In this document: one piece after another, positions 35,880-49,830 of the stretch | Layout of the letters: each line of letters opens with the position of its first letter | Numbering within the stretch: the first letter of the stretch is position 1 | Source: Vicugna vicugna | Lineage: Eukaryota | Direction: 5' to 3' | DNA length: 64,000 nt | Assembly: GCA_013265495.1 (NCBI GenBank) | Contig: MU057947.1 | Coordinates: 72,048 to 136,047, forward strand | Translations under genes and position numbers: made by a program | The notes under the pieces: generated by a model | Told to the model about the DNA's origin: nothing | Database searches by the model: none | What the model saw: the letters and a program-made list of their open reading frames with translations, nothing else

Positions 35880-36032
35880 ACCCCCAAATCCCCATCTCTC
35901 CGCGTTTCCAGGTGAGGAAACCGGGACTCCTCATGTCATGTGATTCACCCAGGAAAGTCCCTGGAGGAGACCAAGCAGATGTCGCAGGGCCAGGTCTTCT
36001 GTCCCCAAGTCCAGGGCTCCTTCCATCCACAG
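35880..36032 (-). mobile_element. MIR SINE
   Basis: ctccgcgtttccaggtgaggaaaccggga...gtgattcacccagg...ccaggtcttctgtccccaagtccagggctccttcca is antisense MIR. Confidence 0.75.
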
Positions 36033-37705
36033 TCTGTGCACCCAAAGAATTTGGCCACTTTGCCGAATTACTGAATAATGAGGCTTCTCTGAGGCGAGGG
36101 TGCCGCTGTTAGAGGAAGCACGTGGGGTTCCGGGAGGAGCGGCCCCACCTCCCGATGTCCCGGGGGAGGGAGGACCACCAGCCCCGGGCCTCCGGGGAGG
36201 GCTCCGAGTGTCATGTGCACAAAAGTCCCTTCTGTCCATTTGGGAAAAGTATAAGGAAAGAAATTGTTCCATGAAGGCGTGAAAAGGGTCCAGAGCTCAT
36301 TTTTGTGAGATCTGAACAACACTTTGCTGTGAACACTGTCACTAGAAGTAGCCGGCTGCACCCTTCAGAAGTCAGCTCCGTCCAGTTGTCATCTCAGTGG
36401 GGCTTCCAGCCGCCCCAGCTGCGGCCGCAGACCTGGAGAGGTTAGGTACTTGTCAGGCTGGGTTCTGGGTGGTGAGAATGTGGACGTCACGTGTCCAGAG
36501 CTTCTGAACAGCAGCCTTGACAACATCTGGTTGGAAACCCATGTTCGTACCCTGTCCTGCTGACATCCTCTCGGGATCCAATCTTGCACAGCACACAGCC
36601 GAGCCAGCTGCCCCAGCTGGTACTTGATGAGAGACTCTGTTAGAAAGAGAAGAGGCAAACGAGACCAAAAGGGCTCGGTGCTTCCCTCTAAGACCTTGTC
36701 TTCTGGAGAGGGCTCGCCTCCTCCCTGGTGTTTCAGCAGAGGAGAGTGAATGCCTGCGCACCCTTCACCTGCAGGAAGGGAATACCCCATCCAGGTGTGG
36801 CCCTGAGGTCCCCTAACGATGGATGGCCTGAGCCCCTGGACAACAGGGCAACGAGGACGAGAGTGGGCAGCTAAGGCAGCTGGGAGACAGGGTCAAGGAG
36901 GGCTGGGGGTGAGGCAAGAAGATGTTTCAGAGAAACTGAATAGGGGCTGGACCACTGGATTCCAGAAGGTTCTGCTGTCCCCACAGTCTCTCTACCACGT
37001 CTCCAATCCCTCCAGTTAAGAAATCCATTCTGACTGACAAGCTTTGCTAACATATATTCAAATATCCCAAGAAGAGGTAAGAAATGACACATTCCCGTCA
37101 CGGAACGATTCTGTCTGATCAGATAGCTGTCTGCACTTCCCGGAGATACAGACTCAGACAGCCTTCTCCAAAGCATGTTCTGCCAAGTCCTTCATTCAGG
37201 AGACGCTCTTGAGAGGACTAGAAGCTCTGCGTGGTGTGTCTCCTTTGTGGAGATTAACCCGGCAGCTGAGACAGAACATCCAGTTCCTGTACCCCAGGAC
37301 GTCTCAGAACCTTACTACCGTGGCTCCCCCGACCCGTGGCCATCTTTGCCATGAGATCTATGAATATGGCCTGGGAAACGCAGCAGGAAGAAAAGGGGTT
37401 TTCCTCTGAGTTCCGCTCATGCTGAGCCTCCTTTGCGAACTGGGCCCCAGGAGGGGAGATGCTTGAGTGTGGTCCCAGGACCCAGTGAGGGGCGGCAGGC
37501 TTATAGCCAGCTGCCCTGGCCGGCCCAGCCGCTTTCTCCAGCGCAATGTCCTGAGGTGAGGACAGGCTCCCTCCCTGCGGCCCGGCCATCTGAGAACTTC
37601 CTCACCACCCCGCTTTTCTGTCCCGTGTCCTTTCAGCACCAGAGCAGCCATCCGGGCAACTGAGCAAGGTGATCAAGGCACCAGAGTAGGCCCCCAGGTA
37701 ACTGG

Positions 37706-37794
37706 GCACACACACGCACACACGCACACACGCACGCGCACACACACACATGCACACGCACACACACACGGACACATGCACACACACACACACA
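37706..37794. repeat. Compound (CA)n/(CG) microsatellite
   Basis: About 90 bp of nearly uninterrupted alternating purine-pyrimidine sequence. Confidence 0.95.
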
Positions 37795-38216
37795 GCCAGC
37801 TGCGTGTAACAAATGGCAGCCTTGTGGGATTCTGACTGGGCCCTTCCCCGTTTATGGACAACTTTTGTGATAAACCACCCCGATTGCCCGAGTAATCTTG
37901 GAGTTGCGTCTGTGAGCCCCATGCCCTCGGTTTTGACCCTCCCTCGGTGCAGGAGAGGGGAGACACCCTCCACCCAGCCCCATTCAGCCACCCCTCATCT
38001 GCCCCTCGGAGCAGCCCCTCTGGCCCAGGCGCAGCAGAGTGAGGGTGGCCGAAGGCGAGCCCAGGGCGTGGACGCTGCGCCCGCGGACCCAGTGCGGGAG
38101 CACCGCTGCGCAGCGGAACTGAAGTCTAATGCCTGAGGGTAAATTTCACGCTCTTACCACCGAATTTTTTTAAGCCCCAAATATGTGCAGCGAAGCTCTC
38201 TCATTACCAAATTAAA

Positions 38217-38410
38217 CAGCTATGCCTCTCATTTCATACAATAGGCATGTTCCTGAGAAACTACATGAGGAGAGAATTTTTAATAATCAAATTATATTTT
38301 TCAAAGTACTTGGAGACTTTCCATTTAAAAGAATCCCGCAAGGACGCCTCCCTTAGAATGAAGAACCCCATTGTAATGCAAATGACCACCTCCTAATTTA
38401 TCTGTTTTCC
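38217..38410 (+). mobile_element. TcMar-Tigger DNA transposon end fragment (Tigger15a-like)
   Basis: cagctatgcctctcatttcatacaataggcatgttcctgagaaa...gaatttt...atttaaaagaatccc...tgaagaacccc...accacctcctaatt is colinear with my recalled Tigger15a terminus. Confidence 0.5.
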
Positions 38411-41400
38411 AAATTCAAATAAACTCCAGTTTATTTGAAATGGTCAAAGAGCAGGGTCTTGTGGTTAATTGAATATTCATGTTAATCTGGAATCACCCTA
38501 TATACCGTGTGTTGATCACTAATTTTCAAGGAACAAGAATATAATGAAATACAATAAAATACACTTCCCCGCGAAATGATGCAGAATCTAATTACTGTTT
38601 CTTTGATAATCCAAAGGCATTCAGGACCTCAGAGTGCCAGGCGGGCCCGGGGTCTGTTCATCCCTTAAGGCAGCTCAGACCTAAGATCCCAGAAAGGGAT
38701 CAGGCCTGAAGCAAACTGATCCCGGGACATGACCTGGGAGTTCCACTTCTGACATAGGTTTTCCGATTTTTTTTTTTTTTTTGCCTTCTTATCTGTTTAA
38801 AAAAAAAAGTCAGAGTTCAGAGTATATTTTTGTACGTCCCGGAAGCGCACAGTCTGCAGCCCCTGGGAGCGTCTGGGTGTGCAGCTGACAACGTCTGCAC
38901 AGGTAGGTCCCCTTCTCAGAAAGCCAGTCCGAGTCAGAAAAATAAAGCGAGGTGCAGCCGCTCGTCTCTGCTGCTGTCCAGCGAGCTGTGGGAAAGGCCA
39001 GCGATTCTGGAACACACTGTGCTTACAGGCGGTGCCCGCCCTGGGAAGAGACGGGGATCCTGATTTCATGTAATGATGGAGGAAATGATTCGTTTCGAAA
39101 GCAAAGTGCAGAGCATCCACCCCCACCCCCGAAGCAAATCCTCGTCCCTCTGCTTCTTTCCAAACACCCTTCTCTCCACGCCGCAGGCTCGAACTTGTTA
39201 AGCACACAGCCGCCCGAGTGCCTGATGCTTTAAAATCCATCCACTTCCCTGTGGCTTGTTAGAACTGCTTTTCCAAGGAGTCCTACGACCGTATATTCCT
39301 ATTTAAGCAAATAAGGTTAGCTACCTTTGGCCATTCACAATTCAACAGTCCCCCTAAATTAATTTTTCCGAAAGTAATTCATATAAAAGCTTCGTCGCCA
39401 CTACTCTTTTCTGAGCCACAAGATTGAATAAGGCATCTGAATAAAAATGTGTATTACAGCCTTCTTTAATATTTAAGCATGACATTCATTGATTTGTTTC
39501 TTGTTTTCTGCAAACCTTGACAACATGATAAAATAAATCATAAGAACAAAATATAGTGGTAACATCTTTTATGGACTTCACATAGTCATCAATCTCAAGC
39601 CGTGAGTGAATTATCAGCACAGCAGAAAGATCTATGTTTTAAGAGCTGCAACAGCACGCGAGCTGGAGGTTTTTCACGAGCAAACTCAAGGCGAGTGACT
39701 GATAAGCATCATTATTATTTTCTGAGAGTCTAGTTCATGGTGTGTTGCAGAGATGTTGGCATATGTGTTTCGGAAGCAAAGGTTTGATCAATTCTAAGTA
39801 GGCATCTACTAACATATGAAAAATACAACAAGGCTTCCTACTGGGCGGTGCTGGAGTACCCACCACCCCGTGGCAGCGTGACAAGCTGGTATTGCGTTTC
39901 TGATCATACTGAATACAGAGTTAACCTTCCTTAATGCGATCGCTATGTAGGACACATGGGTCCTGCTATAGGTATTTGGACATATTCCCATTTTATTTCT
40001 ATTTTGACTTTGAGCAACATCATTGTAAATACAAAAACATAAGCCTTAAATTGTCATAGAAGAGCCACCTCTTGGACATGCTATAGACAAGAGCGCTGGG
40101 GAGGAACATTGTTTCAAAGGTAACGCACCCTGGAGCTGATGCTGGATTGAGTTTAGGATTGTGGAAGAGGCTGGAGTCTGTCTTACCAAGCACAGCAAAG
40201 TTTTTTCACCATCATCAATGCCTTCGCTGGTGAGACTCTCCACACCACACCCTCTGGGTGACACAGAAACCTGCAACCGATGACCCAGTGTGGGTGAACC
40301 TGCCGTGGGGCATCTGGACATTTGGAAACACCTGAATGCATGTATTCCACATGGTGCTTTTTTAACCTAAGCTGTATTTCCCTCTTTTTTTTTTTTTAAA
40401 GCTGCAATTTCTTGCCTGTGAATGCTGACCCTCAATGAGGCTTAAAGTTTTAAGGAAAAATCACCAACAAGGGAAACGTTGGCTGCATCAAATCCAGTTG
40501 TGACAAACTACAACTCGGGGATTATTCAGCGAGATCACCAGAATCATTATCCACATTTTCTCCCGAGAGTGTCACAGGGCTGGTAATCCAAAGGCATGAT
40601 CTAAAAATCTTCAAGGACATTCCAGAAAGCGCAATGGCTTCAGTGGCGTTCCTCGCACTCTCTATCTGGAAAATGGGTGAATGGAAACTGCAGAGGCAGG
40701 GGGATTGCAGGAGCAAATACAAAGATGTTGTCCGACAGGCTGAATACACGAGGTTTCCTGCGAAGCCCCACAGTGCCTTGCGCTCAGTGAACTTCACTCC
40801 TCGTCCCTTACAACTTGACCTTCGTGAAACACGGCGCCCTGGCCCACGAAATGCAAGCTGCACTTGCATTGGTCCGGAATCTCAGGCAGGCCCTCGTTTA
40901 CGCGGGCAGGCGCTGCTCATCACCCTCATAACCAATTCAAGCCAATTACACCATCCCTAAGTAGCTCCTCCCCCAGGCACGCGGCGGCATTCCCACCTAC
41001 TTTTAGTAAAGTTGTACTCACTGTCCTTCTAGTTGAGCCACTGTAACTGAAGGAGTGTTCTAAATTTTTTTCCTCTCGCTTCTTTTCTTTATTCTAACCA
41101 ATTAAAGTCAGTATGATTTTCTTTACTCAGCCTAGGAGAAATACCATCAGGATTATTGCCTGTTTGACATTTGGGTTTTCCATTTGTTAAATTTTATTAG
41201 CAATACTGGAAATGTGAATTACTGTGTCGTCGCGGCCACAACGCTCTTCTGAGGAGCTGGTGCGCTGCCGGCAATGCTGCACACACCCGCTGTAAACCTG
41301 TCTGCGTCTGCCTGTCAGTGGGTCTGCTCTGGTACCACCAGACGGGCAGCTGGGAGAAATCATGGTGAGTGCAGGAAGTGCCACTGGTAAGTCCAAAGAC

Positions 41401-41932
41401 ATGTGGAACAAGGAGTGGCCCAGAGATCTTCCAGCTCGAGAGGCTGCTTCCTAGAAGTCCCCGACTTTTAGGGTCGTAAAATGAAGCCTCTGCCCACTGG
41501 AGTCCACCCCTGTTGCAAAAGTTCTAACTAACCACCACGTAGGGAGAGGCTTTCTTGAATTGGCTGATAAGCCAAACACTGGTCAATTTACCTGTAAACA
41601 CGCCTTGTATTTTATTCAGGGCTTTGCAGTTTCCAAATCAGAGAACCAGGGAAGAGCAGGAGGGACCGTTTACAGCTGGCAGGAACGGGCGTAGGGAGCA
41701 CGTGGTATCCAGCCCCACCCCACGCACAGCACCCAAAGCCCACCCGAGCACAGCACACAGTCACGGAGCTGGGCGCCGCTTCGCCAGTCCCAGAGCCTCC
41801 CAGACCGACTTGTAACTCAGCCACGGATTTCCTGGGATACCTAATTAACCTCCCTGGGATGTAATTAATCTGCAGAGTTTGGCTGGAGTGGTGGCGTTAT
41901 CACACCAGGGAATAAATTATTACAAACAATCT

Positions 41933-42051
41933 GGAATGTTGGCTCTCTGAGGGCACATGGGCTGGGTTGGTCGTGTTCATTGTGTGTCCCCAGTCCCTAC
42001 AAGAGTGTCTAGTACACAGTAGGTGCTCAGTAAATACCTGCTGAATGAATA
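41933..42051 (+). mobile_element. L2 3' terminus
   Basis: gtgtccccagtccctacaagagtgtctagtacacagtaggtgctcagtaaatacctgctgaatgaat is the canonical L2 end. Confidence 0.85.
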
Positions 42052-42104
42052 GACCCGTTAGTCACCTGACGCCAGCACAGCTTCCCCCATCCCATTTCAT
42101 TTTG

Positions 42105-42215
42105 CCTAGAGGCATTTACTGTCTTGGAGCCTCTGTGCCTCGGTTTCCCCATCTATAAAATGGGGGTATGAATAATGCCCACCTCAAAGGGCTGCTTTTG
42201 GACTAAATAATTATA
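42105..42215 (+). mobile_element. MIR core fragment
   Basis: cctctgtgcctcggtttccccatctataaaatggggg...cccacctcaaagggctgct. Confidence 0.85.
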
Positions 42216-42237
42216 CACAAATGTAATGGGTGTTTTT

Positions 42238-42262
42238 ATGTACACATGCATACATATACATA

Positions 42263-42295
<33 letters not shown>

Positions 42296-42298
42296 GTA
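42238..42298. repeat. (TA/CA)+(TG)n microsatellite
   Basis: Seen directly. Confidence 0.95.
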
Positions 42299-44070
42299 GG
42301 GGAGACAGGCACAGAGAGAGGAAATAACACATAGCCTGCTTTCAGAAAAAAAGGACACTTTTTATTATTCATTTTATTTGGGGGCAGCATTTATCACAGC
42401 TAGTTAACACGGCTTGCTGGGCTGACCCAGCTTTGAATACACCTGAAGCTCCTAATGAGGTCAATTTTCTATTTCTAGAAAACTCGTGGAGGAAATCCAG
42501 GGTTTGGAACAAGCTGGTGAGTCTTCAGTAATTTTCCTGTATCTTTTTCCCTCCACTCCACACTATTGCACCGTTAAAAAATCCGAGCTGGAGAGCCCCA
42601 TGAAGAATGCGTGATTTTACAGAGGAAAGAGTCGACAGAAACCTTTAATCCTGTGTGTAAATGATATATTATGGCTTTTTTTCCTTCTGAATACTAATAT
42701 ATAATTCTTGCAGGGAAAAAAACCATGTGCCCCTTCTTATGTGCTGTACTGACAAATAATCTATAATATTGCATCAATATTCCCTTAATAAAGGAGGAAG
42801 TTTGCATTGCTTATCGTGTTTCTGTTTGGTTCCTGCAGCTTTTAGATATTACGTGCAAGAGTTGGTCCAGCAACATCTATGCCTTGTCAGTCATTTAATT
42901 AAGCAAAGAAAGCTTGCTATTCATTTTATTTCTGTATATGTTAATGTTGAAAGCTAACAGAAAGCAGCTAGTAAATTGTCCCCTGCATGTATTGGACACA
43001 GCAACAATTACTCTGGCAGAGAAGACACAATAAAAGAGGAAATTTTAATAGTATCTTTATTCCATTTATTCTCTTGGGCTTCTGTTTCCAGGTACTGTAG
43101 AAATTAACAATTATTTCTTCTCATTGTTTTTGATGATCTTTTTCTATTACGCTTCTACCCAACTTAAAATAAAAAATAATTTAAACTTACATTTTTTATT
43201 CAATTTTATGGTGCCCTGAGATTTACATTCCAGGCATGAGGAAGAGCTGAGAAAAATCAGAAAATAACCCAGAGCTTTCCCTTCTCGCTCCTCTGACAAC
43301 CAGTTAAGGGCATGCCTGTCATTAGTACAACTGAGATTATCTTGATTTCAACTTGGAAGTCCACATAATAAAAATAATTATCCTACACATCACTGTATGG
43401 GCAAATACGTCTGTCTTGTATTTATGGACGCCTGTCATATGTGTATCTAAAGAGTTGACATAGCTCTACTCTATGAAGCAATTAACTCAGTTTATTTGGC
43501 AAATTGTCTAAGGATCTCTCCAGAATGCTTGGGGAAATCTACAAACTGAAGTATTTTCCAATTTATTGACACGCTACCACGTTGAAAAAAGTAGGCCATC
43601 GATAATCAGATTTCTTTGAAATCTGGGCTCTTATTATAAGTGTGGGGACTAGGAGACCCCTGGCTTGGTGGAAACAAAGACCAATTTTATCTTCTAAAGA
43701 GTGCTTTTGTTCTTTGTTTTGGCAGAGGAACACGGTCCTGATGAATAAGAATGTGCGATCAAGACAATATTATTTAAAAATGGAAGGTTATTCCTGGGGA
43801 AAATCTCATCAGAGCCACTTCTGAGCCACTTCTGAGACGCCGGAACATTTTCATTTTCAGTCGTATTTGGTTTTCCATGGTATCTCTTGGATTCTCCTTG
43901 GAGACCTGTGGGTTCGCTGGCCCTGTGCACACCCAGTGCCCTGTAACCCTCCGCTTCCCTCTTCTGCTTAAATCCACAGAGCCATGGAGGGGGTTGTCTG
44001 TGCAGGTCCACTGAAGTCAACTATCCTGGAAATGGTCAGGTTGATCTCTGTGCATCTGCTGTTACCTCAG

Positions 44071-44699
44071 TGTGCTGTTTTCCCATCACTGCATAAAAAA
44101 TCACCGCAAATTTAGCCACTAAAAACAACATACATTCATGAGCTCACGGGTTCCGTGGGTCAGGAGTCCAAGCAGAGCTTAGCTGGGGCCTCTGTTCAGG
44201 GTCTCAGCCTGCAATCAAGGTGTCAGCGGGGCTGCATGTTTCTGGAGGTTGGGAGGGGGTCTCTCCCACGCTCATGTGGTTGTTGGCAGAATTCAGTTCC
44301 CTGTGGTTGTCAGATTGAGGTCCCCACTTGCTTGCTGGCTGTCAGTCATGGGCTTTTCTCGGGTCACAGAGCACCCCCACCCTGCAGTGACTCTCCAACG
44401 ACACAGCAGCCTCTTCCTCAAAGCCAACAGGAAGGACCCAGTCCCTCCTTAAAAAGCTTTCATCCGACTCACTCAGGCCCACTCAGAAGAAGCTCCCTTG
44501 AATTAACTCAAAGTGAAGCTGATTAGGGGAGTTGATTACAAATGCAGGAACCCTTCACTTCTACCAAAGGCTGTCCCCCGGTCATGGAAGCAACCTCCCA
44601 TCTCACTCAGGTCCCGCCCTCCCTGCAGGAGGGGATTGCACGGGGCGGCCCCAGGAGTGGGGATTTGCAGAAAGGGCATCTTAGAATTCTGCCTACCAC
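44071..44699 (-). mobile_element. ERVL-MaLR solo LTR (MLT1E-like)
   Basis: ccgtgggtcaggagtcc..gcttagctggg, tgttggcagaattcagttcc, tcaggcccactcag..attaactcaaagtgaagctgattaggg, catcttagaattctgcctaccac. Confidence 0.85.
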
Positions 44700-45341
44700 C
44701 CTAAAAGAATCCAGACTGTGAATGCTGTCTGAACCTAGAAAAATTACCTAACACCTGCGAATTTATCTGTAATTCACCTTAAACGTCTGGAATTTTCAGA
44801 GATATAAACAAATCCAAAAGCAATTATTACTGTGCCTGTTATTTCTAAGGCCACCTCGGGGAATCATCTTAAATGATCTCATCTCCCAGCTCCCGGCTCC
44901 CCTGGAAACAAATCTTTGCTCAGATAATTATGAAAAACTACAGCAAGTGCACTTCATGGGGGAAGACTGTCAGAAAACTCAGCTTCGTTCACCGGGGTGC
45001 CCGCTTCCAGCCGGGGATCAACAGGCTTGGCTCTAAGGGGGCGTGTGGCTCTGCGGGGCCTGGAGGGGACTGGGATGGCTTGGCCTGCCCGCCCTCTGCA
45101 CCTAATCACCTTGACGGTCACCACCGGCTCGGCCCCACAAGTGCCTAGGAGCTCTCCGTCTCAGCTGTACCGAAGGGGCCAGATTTGAAATCTCATCCTG
45201 TTTTAAGCCAGTCGCTGCCCGCTGGCCCCTGCCTGCTTCTCTCTTCCTTCTTGGAGTCAGACTGATGTTCAGAGCAGACAGCACTGGCTGATCATGACCT
45301 CCCAACACATCCAGCCATCCCTCCCCTTAACTTTAATACTC

Positions 45342-45815
45342 TTGTTTTAGTTGCTTGACAGCCTGAAAAAGACTTCCCAGAACGTCCCTGTCTTGCTGCC
45401 CAGTACCTGGGAATATGTCACCTTCCATGGTAAATGGGGCTTTGCTGGTGTGATTAAAACAAAGACCTGGAGGTGGGGAGAGGACCCTGGATTGGGCCCT
45501 AAATGCCATCACCACAGTCCTTCTAAGAAGGAGGCAGGATCATAACGAGGATAAGAGATGTGAGGGGGGAAGCCGGAGGTTGGAGCGACATGAGGAAGGG
45601 GACACGAGCCAAGGGATGCAGCGACCTCTAGAAGCTGGAAGAGGCAAGGGAAGGGTTTCTCCCCTGGAGCCTCCAGGAGGAAGCAGCCTTGTTCACCTTG
45701 ACCTTAGCTCAGCGAGACTGATCTGGGGCTTCTGACCTCCGGAACTGTAAGACAGCACACTTGCCCTGATTTGAGCCATAGATTTGAGGGACTCTGCTAC
45801 AGCAGCAACAGGAAG
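45342..45815 (+). mobile_element. ERVL-MaLR solo LTR (MLT1D-like)
   Basis: acctgggaatatgtcaccttccatggtaaa, gagccaagggatgcagcgacctctagaagctggaagaggcaagg, cttctgacctccggaactgtaaga, tgctacagcagcaacaggaa. Confidence 0.85.
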
Positions 45816-48339
45816 GCTCCTTCTTCAAGGCTTCCTGGTCGCCAAGGCTCCATCTCTCCAGAGGCCGTACCGGCGTGAGCTGGGCTTGGCTCTTACCTGG
45901 CCCTTCTTCCTATGTGTCATGTAAACCTGCAGATGGGCCAAGTGTCCGCTCTGCCACCACGGCAAATAGCAAGGGGAGGCCGTCCCCTCTCACTCGGCAG
46001 CTTGGTTTTGCCACCACGAACCACAAATGTCAATACGTGGAAGCGGCGGATGCTCTAAATCACTGCTATCCCCAGTGTGCAAATGATCCATTCCAGGTGA
46101 TCTCTTTGGTTAATGAAGGACACTTTTTTTTCCTTTCCTTTCCATTTCTTTTTCCTTTCTTCTTTATTTAAGCAATGTGCTTCAGCAGGCAGAGCAGGAG
46201 ATGGTGTTGCCCGAGACAGAGCATCTCACAGGAATAGGGCTGGATGTGCTGTGGGCAAGAGAGGCGAGCATCACATCTGCTTTTAAAACATTCTGCTCAA
46301 AGCATCTCTTACTGTTTAAAGAAAACCCAGGGTAATGGAGGACTGTAGACCCATTTGCCTGAAAGCAGAATGTTTTCTGTCCCTTGCTTTGTAGCAAATA
46401 AATGAGTGCAAGTCCTCACACCCAGAGAAAGCTATCTTAGGAGGCCTGCCCTCTTCTTAGGAACCTTCCAGAACCTTCCAGAGTGGGGTGGTAGAGAGAG
46501 AGGGAAGAATGTGGAGAACATGGTGGGGATGTAGCAGGGAGTCAGGAACAGGCAGCTACAGCTTTGCCACCCAAGGAATAGCTGTTAGGATCAAAGAGCA
46601 TCTCCCTCCACCATGCCTCATGGCCTGCCGGATGCTGGCAGGGCTTCAGCGTGGGAGGCCCAGGGCCCCGGGAGGCAGGGAGCCGGCCTGCAGCTCTGCC
46701 CTGATCCGGACAGCCTTGGAGTGGCCGCTGAGGCTTTGCAACCTGCCATTTTGCGGAGGGGAGCTGCCTCCCAGGAACCCAGGCTTGCATTTGCCGAGAC
46801 GCGTGAGGCCACTTTTCATATATTTTTAATATTCTAGTTATCATGCAAAAGCTCATCGATGAGAAAGTTTAAGCAGTGTGCAAACACGGCAGCCTGCTGA
46901 GCCACGTTAAGACACCTAGCACGCCATGTCAACAGGACAAGCCTCACGTCGTGTTTCTGATTATGTCTAATAACACACAATTAGCCTTTCTTAATGTAAC
47001 ATATTGTGCCTGCAACGCTATTTGTTTGAACTAAAAACACCCTTCCTACTTTTCCGATGTAATAAAAGGACTCACATGGTGACCAAAATTTCTAGCCATT
47101 TTTATGCATTTGCAAAACAGTAGGAAAACAGAGCAATTCTTCTCTGAAACCAGCCAGAGACGGGCATGCTGAAATGGGTTCCATCACCCAGGGGCAGAGT
47201 GGATTGTTCCAGACATCTGGGGTCGGGGCGCTCAGTGGTGACCTGCAGAGGGACCAAGGCCATGCCATCCTGAGGGCACGGTTCCCGTTTCTCCCCCCTG
47301 CACCCCGGGGCTGCTGGTAAGACCAGAGAAGTGCCAGCTGGCAGCTTCGTTCATGCCCTCCAGCCCCTCGGGGCTGAGCAGGTGGAGCCCGACTTCAGAG
47401 TGAGGCCTTCGGCTGCACCTGCACCAGCCTCCATGCCGGGGAGGCAGTTACCCCTGGGGGGGGACCCGGCCTGACCCCTCCAGGTCCAGGAGAGAGGCGC
47501 CCACACAGTGAAGGCAGAGAGTTTAGCTCTCACGCTGCTTGTCCTGGGGTTCACTCTGATGTTAGACTTCTCCATCTCTCCTTGTTGCCCCAAATAGTTT
47601 GGGGTTCAAATATACAGTTGACTTCTGCTCATTTTTAAGCTAGCCAAGATCATGGGACATGGTAGACTCCGAGGTCGGGCACAGGAGGATGTAACTCCTT
47701 GCTCCTGTGTTCTTTCTCTTCCCATGCTTTCTTGTTCTTGACACATTTTCAAGACTTATTAAGCAAACACAAAAGATAGGAAGACCCTATTGGTAGCCCG
47801 GTGACAAAGGACAGGACAGAAGGGAGGGCCCCAGGCTAGAGTTCCCACATTATCTGGGCTCTTGTATCACGTGGCAGGTGTCAAAGACGGACGTGCTGAT
47901 CTAAACGGACAACACACAACAGTCTCTCGATAACCAATACCCTCAGGGAGACTGGGGCTCACCCAAGCTGAGTTCTGATTTAAAGCTGAGAAGAGAAGTG
48001 GAGTCAAAGTTGCACCCAGAGAGTGAGGACGATGGTGACAAAGTGAGGAAGGCAAAGGACGTGTTCAGGGATGGACAGAAGGAGGCAATTTTGGCTGACA
48101 ACTTAATAGGAGGAAAAGGATGAGACTCTTCCCCCAAATATTAAACCCAGGAATGTACTGTGGATTCAACAAAAGCAAAAGCTGATGATTCAAATATCTT
48201 CCGTCTAGAAAAATCTCAAGACGCTAAGCTATTATTAGACATTGTTTTACAAAAGTGATGTACTGATTAATAAATATCATGCAGCTGTTAATGGTAAACA
48301 GAGCATTTCACCTGCAAGAACCCCTACTCCCACAAAAAC

Positions 48340-49830
48340 AAGGAAAGCTTGAAAAATAATAGCAGTGGGGGAGAACTTCCACTTTCACGTGCCAATATAT
48401 ACTACTACGCCAATCACACGCACCAAACCATGTGACTCTAGAAAACCCAGATGACCGCAGCTGGACAAAGAACTCAGACTAAAACTCATCTCTGAGATAA
48501 TTAAGAAAACAATTGCATGATTTCAAATATATGCAGGATGGACAGATTATTCAATGTCTGGTGCAAAATTATTGGTTACCTTTTTTTTTCAATTAATCTA
48601 AATCCTTATCTCATGTCTCACAACAAATAAGTTCCAAATGAAATGAAAAGTAAATAAAAAACACATAAAGACAAGTAATAAATATACATGATTTTTTTAA
48701 TGTCCAAGTTCAGTGTGAGAAAGGCCTGTCCAAGCACAAGACCTAAATAAGAAGAGAAATTATTAGTGGTTTGTCTAAATAAAAATGAAAAAACTGCTGA
48801 AGGGGGAAATGCCTGAGAACAAATTAAAATGGAAGCCAGTCGAGAGAAGACGGTTGCTACGTATAGGACTAGCCCATGTGATTAGCCTTAAGATAAAAAG
48901 AACACTCACAAATCAGTAAGACAAAGAGGAACAGTGAACAAGGCAAACGACATGGCAAGATGATGCACAAAAGAGAATTACGAATGGTTAATAAGCTTCT
49001 GAAATAAACATCACAGGTGCCCAATTATCCAGGGTTCTGATTGCGTCCCTGCAGTCCTGCTAGGAGAGTTTCATCTGTTTTGTTTTGCTTTGCTTATTAA
49101 TGATGGTATCAGGGTCCCCATTAACCTGGTGGAAGGGAAGGGCCACTGTCATGGTTCTGGGTGAAAATTCAACTTGTAAAATCTTTCTAGAAGGAACTTT
49201 GGCAATGCACATAAAGTTTATTTAAAATATGCATGGTCTTTGGCCGGCTGATTCCATTTCTAGGAATTTTTCTGAAGGAAAACTAAGATAAATCAAAAAA
49301 ATTATGTTATGAAGTCCACACAGTGTTACTCACAAAATCAGAAACTTAGAAATAATCTAACTCTGGGGCCAGAGGTGCCTGTGAGTATCCTAGAAGAGAG
49401 AGCCGCAGTCGCCACCTCTCAGAAATCTCGTGAGGACTCCATCCAACGAGACACGTAGAGTCGGCGCAAAGCTGGTTTGAATTCTATTACTATCCTCACC
49501 GCTGTGTTTGTTGAGCCATACCATGAAATTCTGGGCGCCGTTAAGAAAAATGTTGCAGAAATAAACGTAATTCACCTGGGGAAATTCGAGATCCAGTAAA
49601 TGTGGAAAAAGCAAGCTACAAAAAAACAATTACAGGAAAGTCCTATTTTTGAAAAGAAAAATATATATGAATATGTATCATAAACATTCTGAAAGGAAAT
49701 ACACAAAATGTTAATGGCACCTCTCCATGGGTTCTGGAAATATACAAAAATTCTGTTATTCATAATTCTCTGTATGTTCTTATTCGTCTACAGTGATTAC
49801 ATATGTCTAGGGCAATAAAACAAATAAAAT
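48340..49830 (+). mobile_element. Highly decayed L1 (L1ME-like), 3' ORF2 and 3' UTR
   Basis: A-rich sense strand with L1 landmarks: gattattcaatgtctggtgc, atccttatctcat, cttgtaaaatctttctagaaggaactttggcaatg, attccatttctaggaattt, ctgaaaggaaatacacaaaatgttaa. Confidence 0.7.

Noticed and set aside
37632..37652. REST/NRSF RE1 site (TTCAGCACC)
   Set aside because: Only the left half-site matches; the GGACAG right half is missing at canonical spacing. Other candidates (~19395, ~35510) are right halves only.
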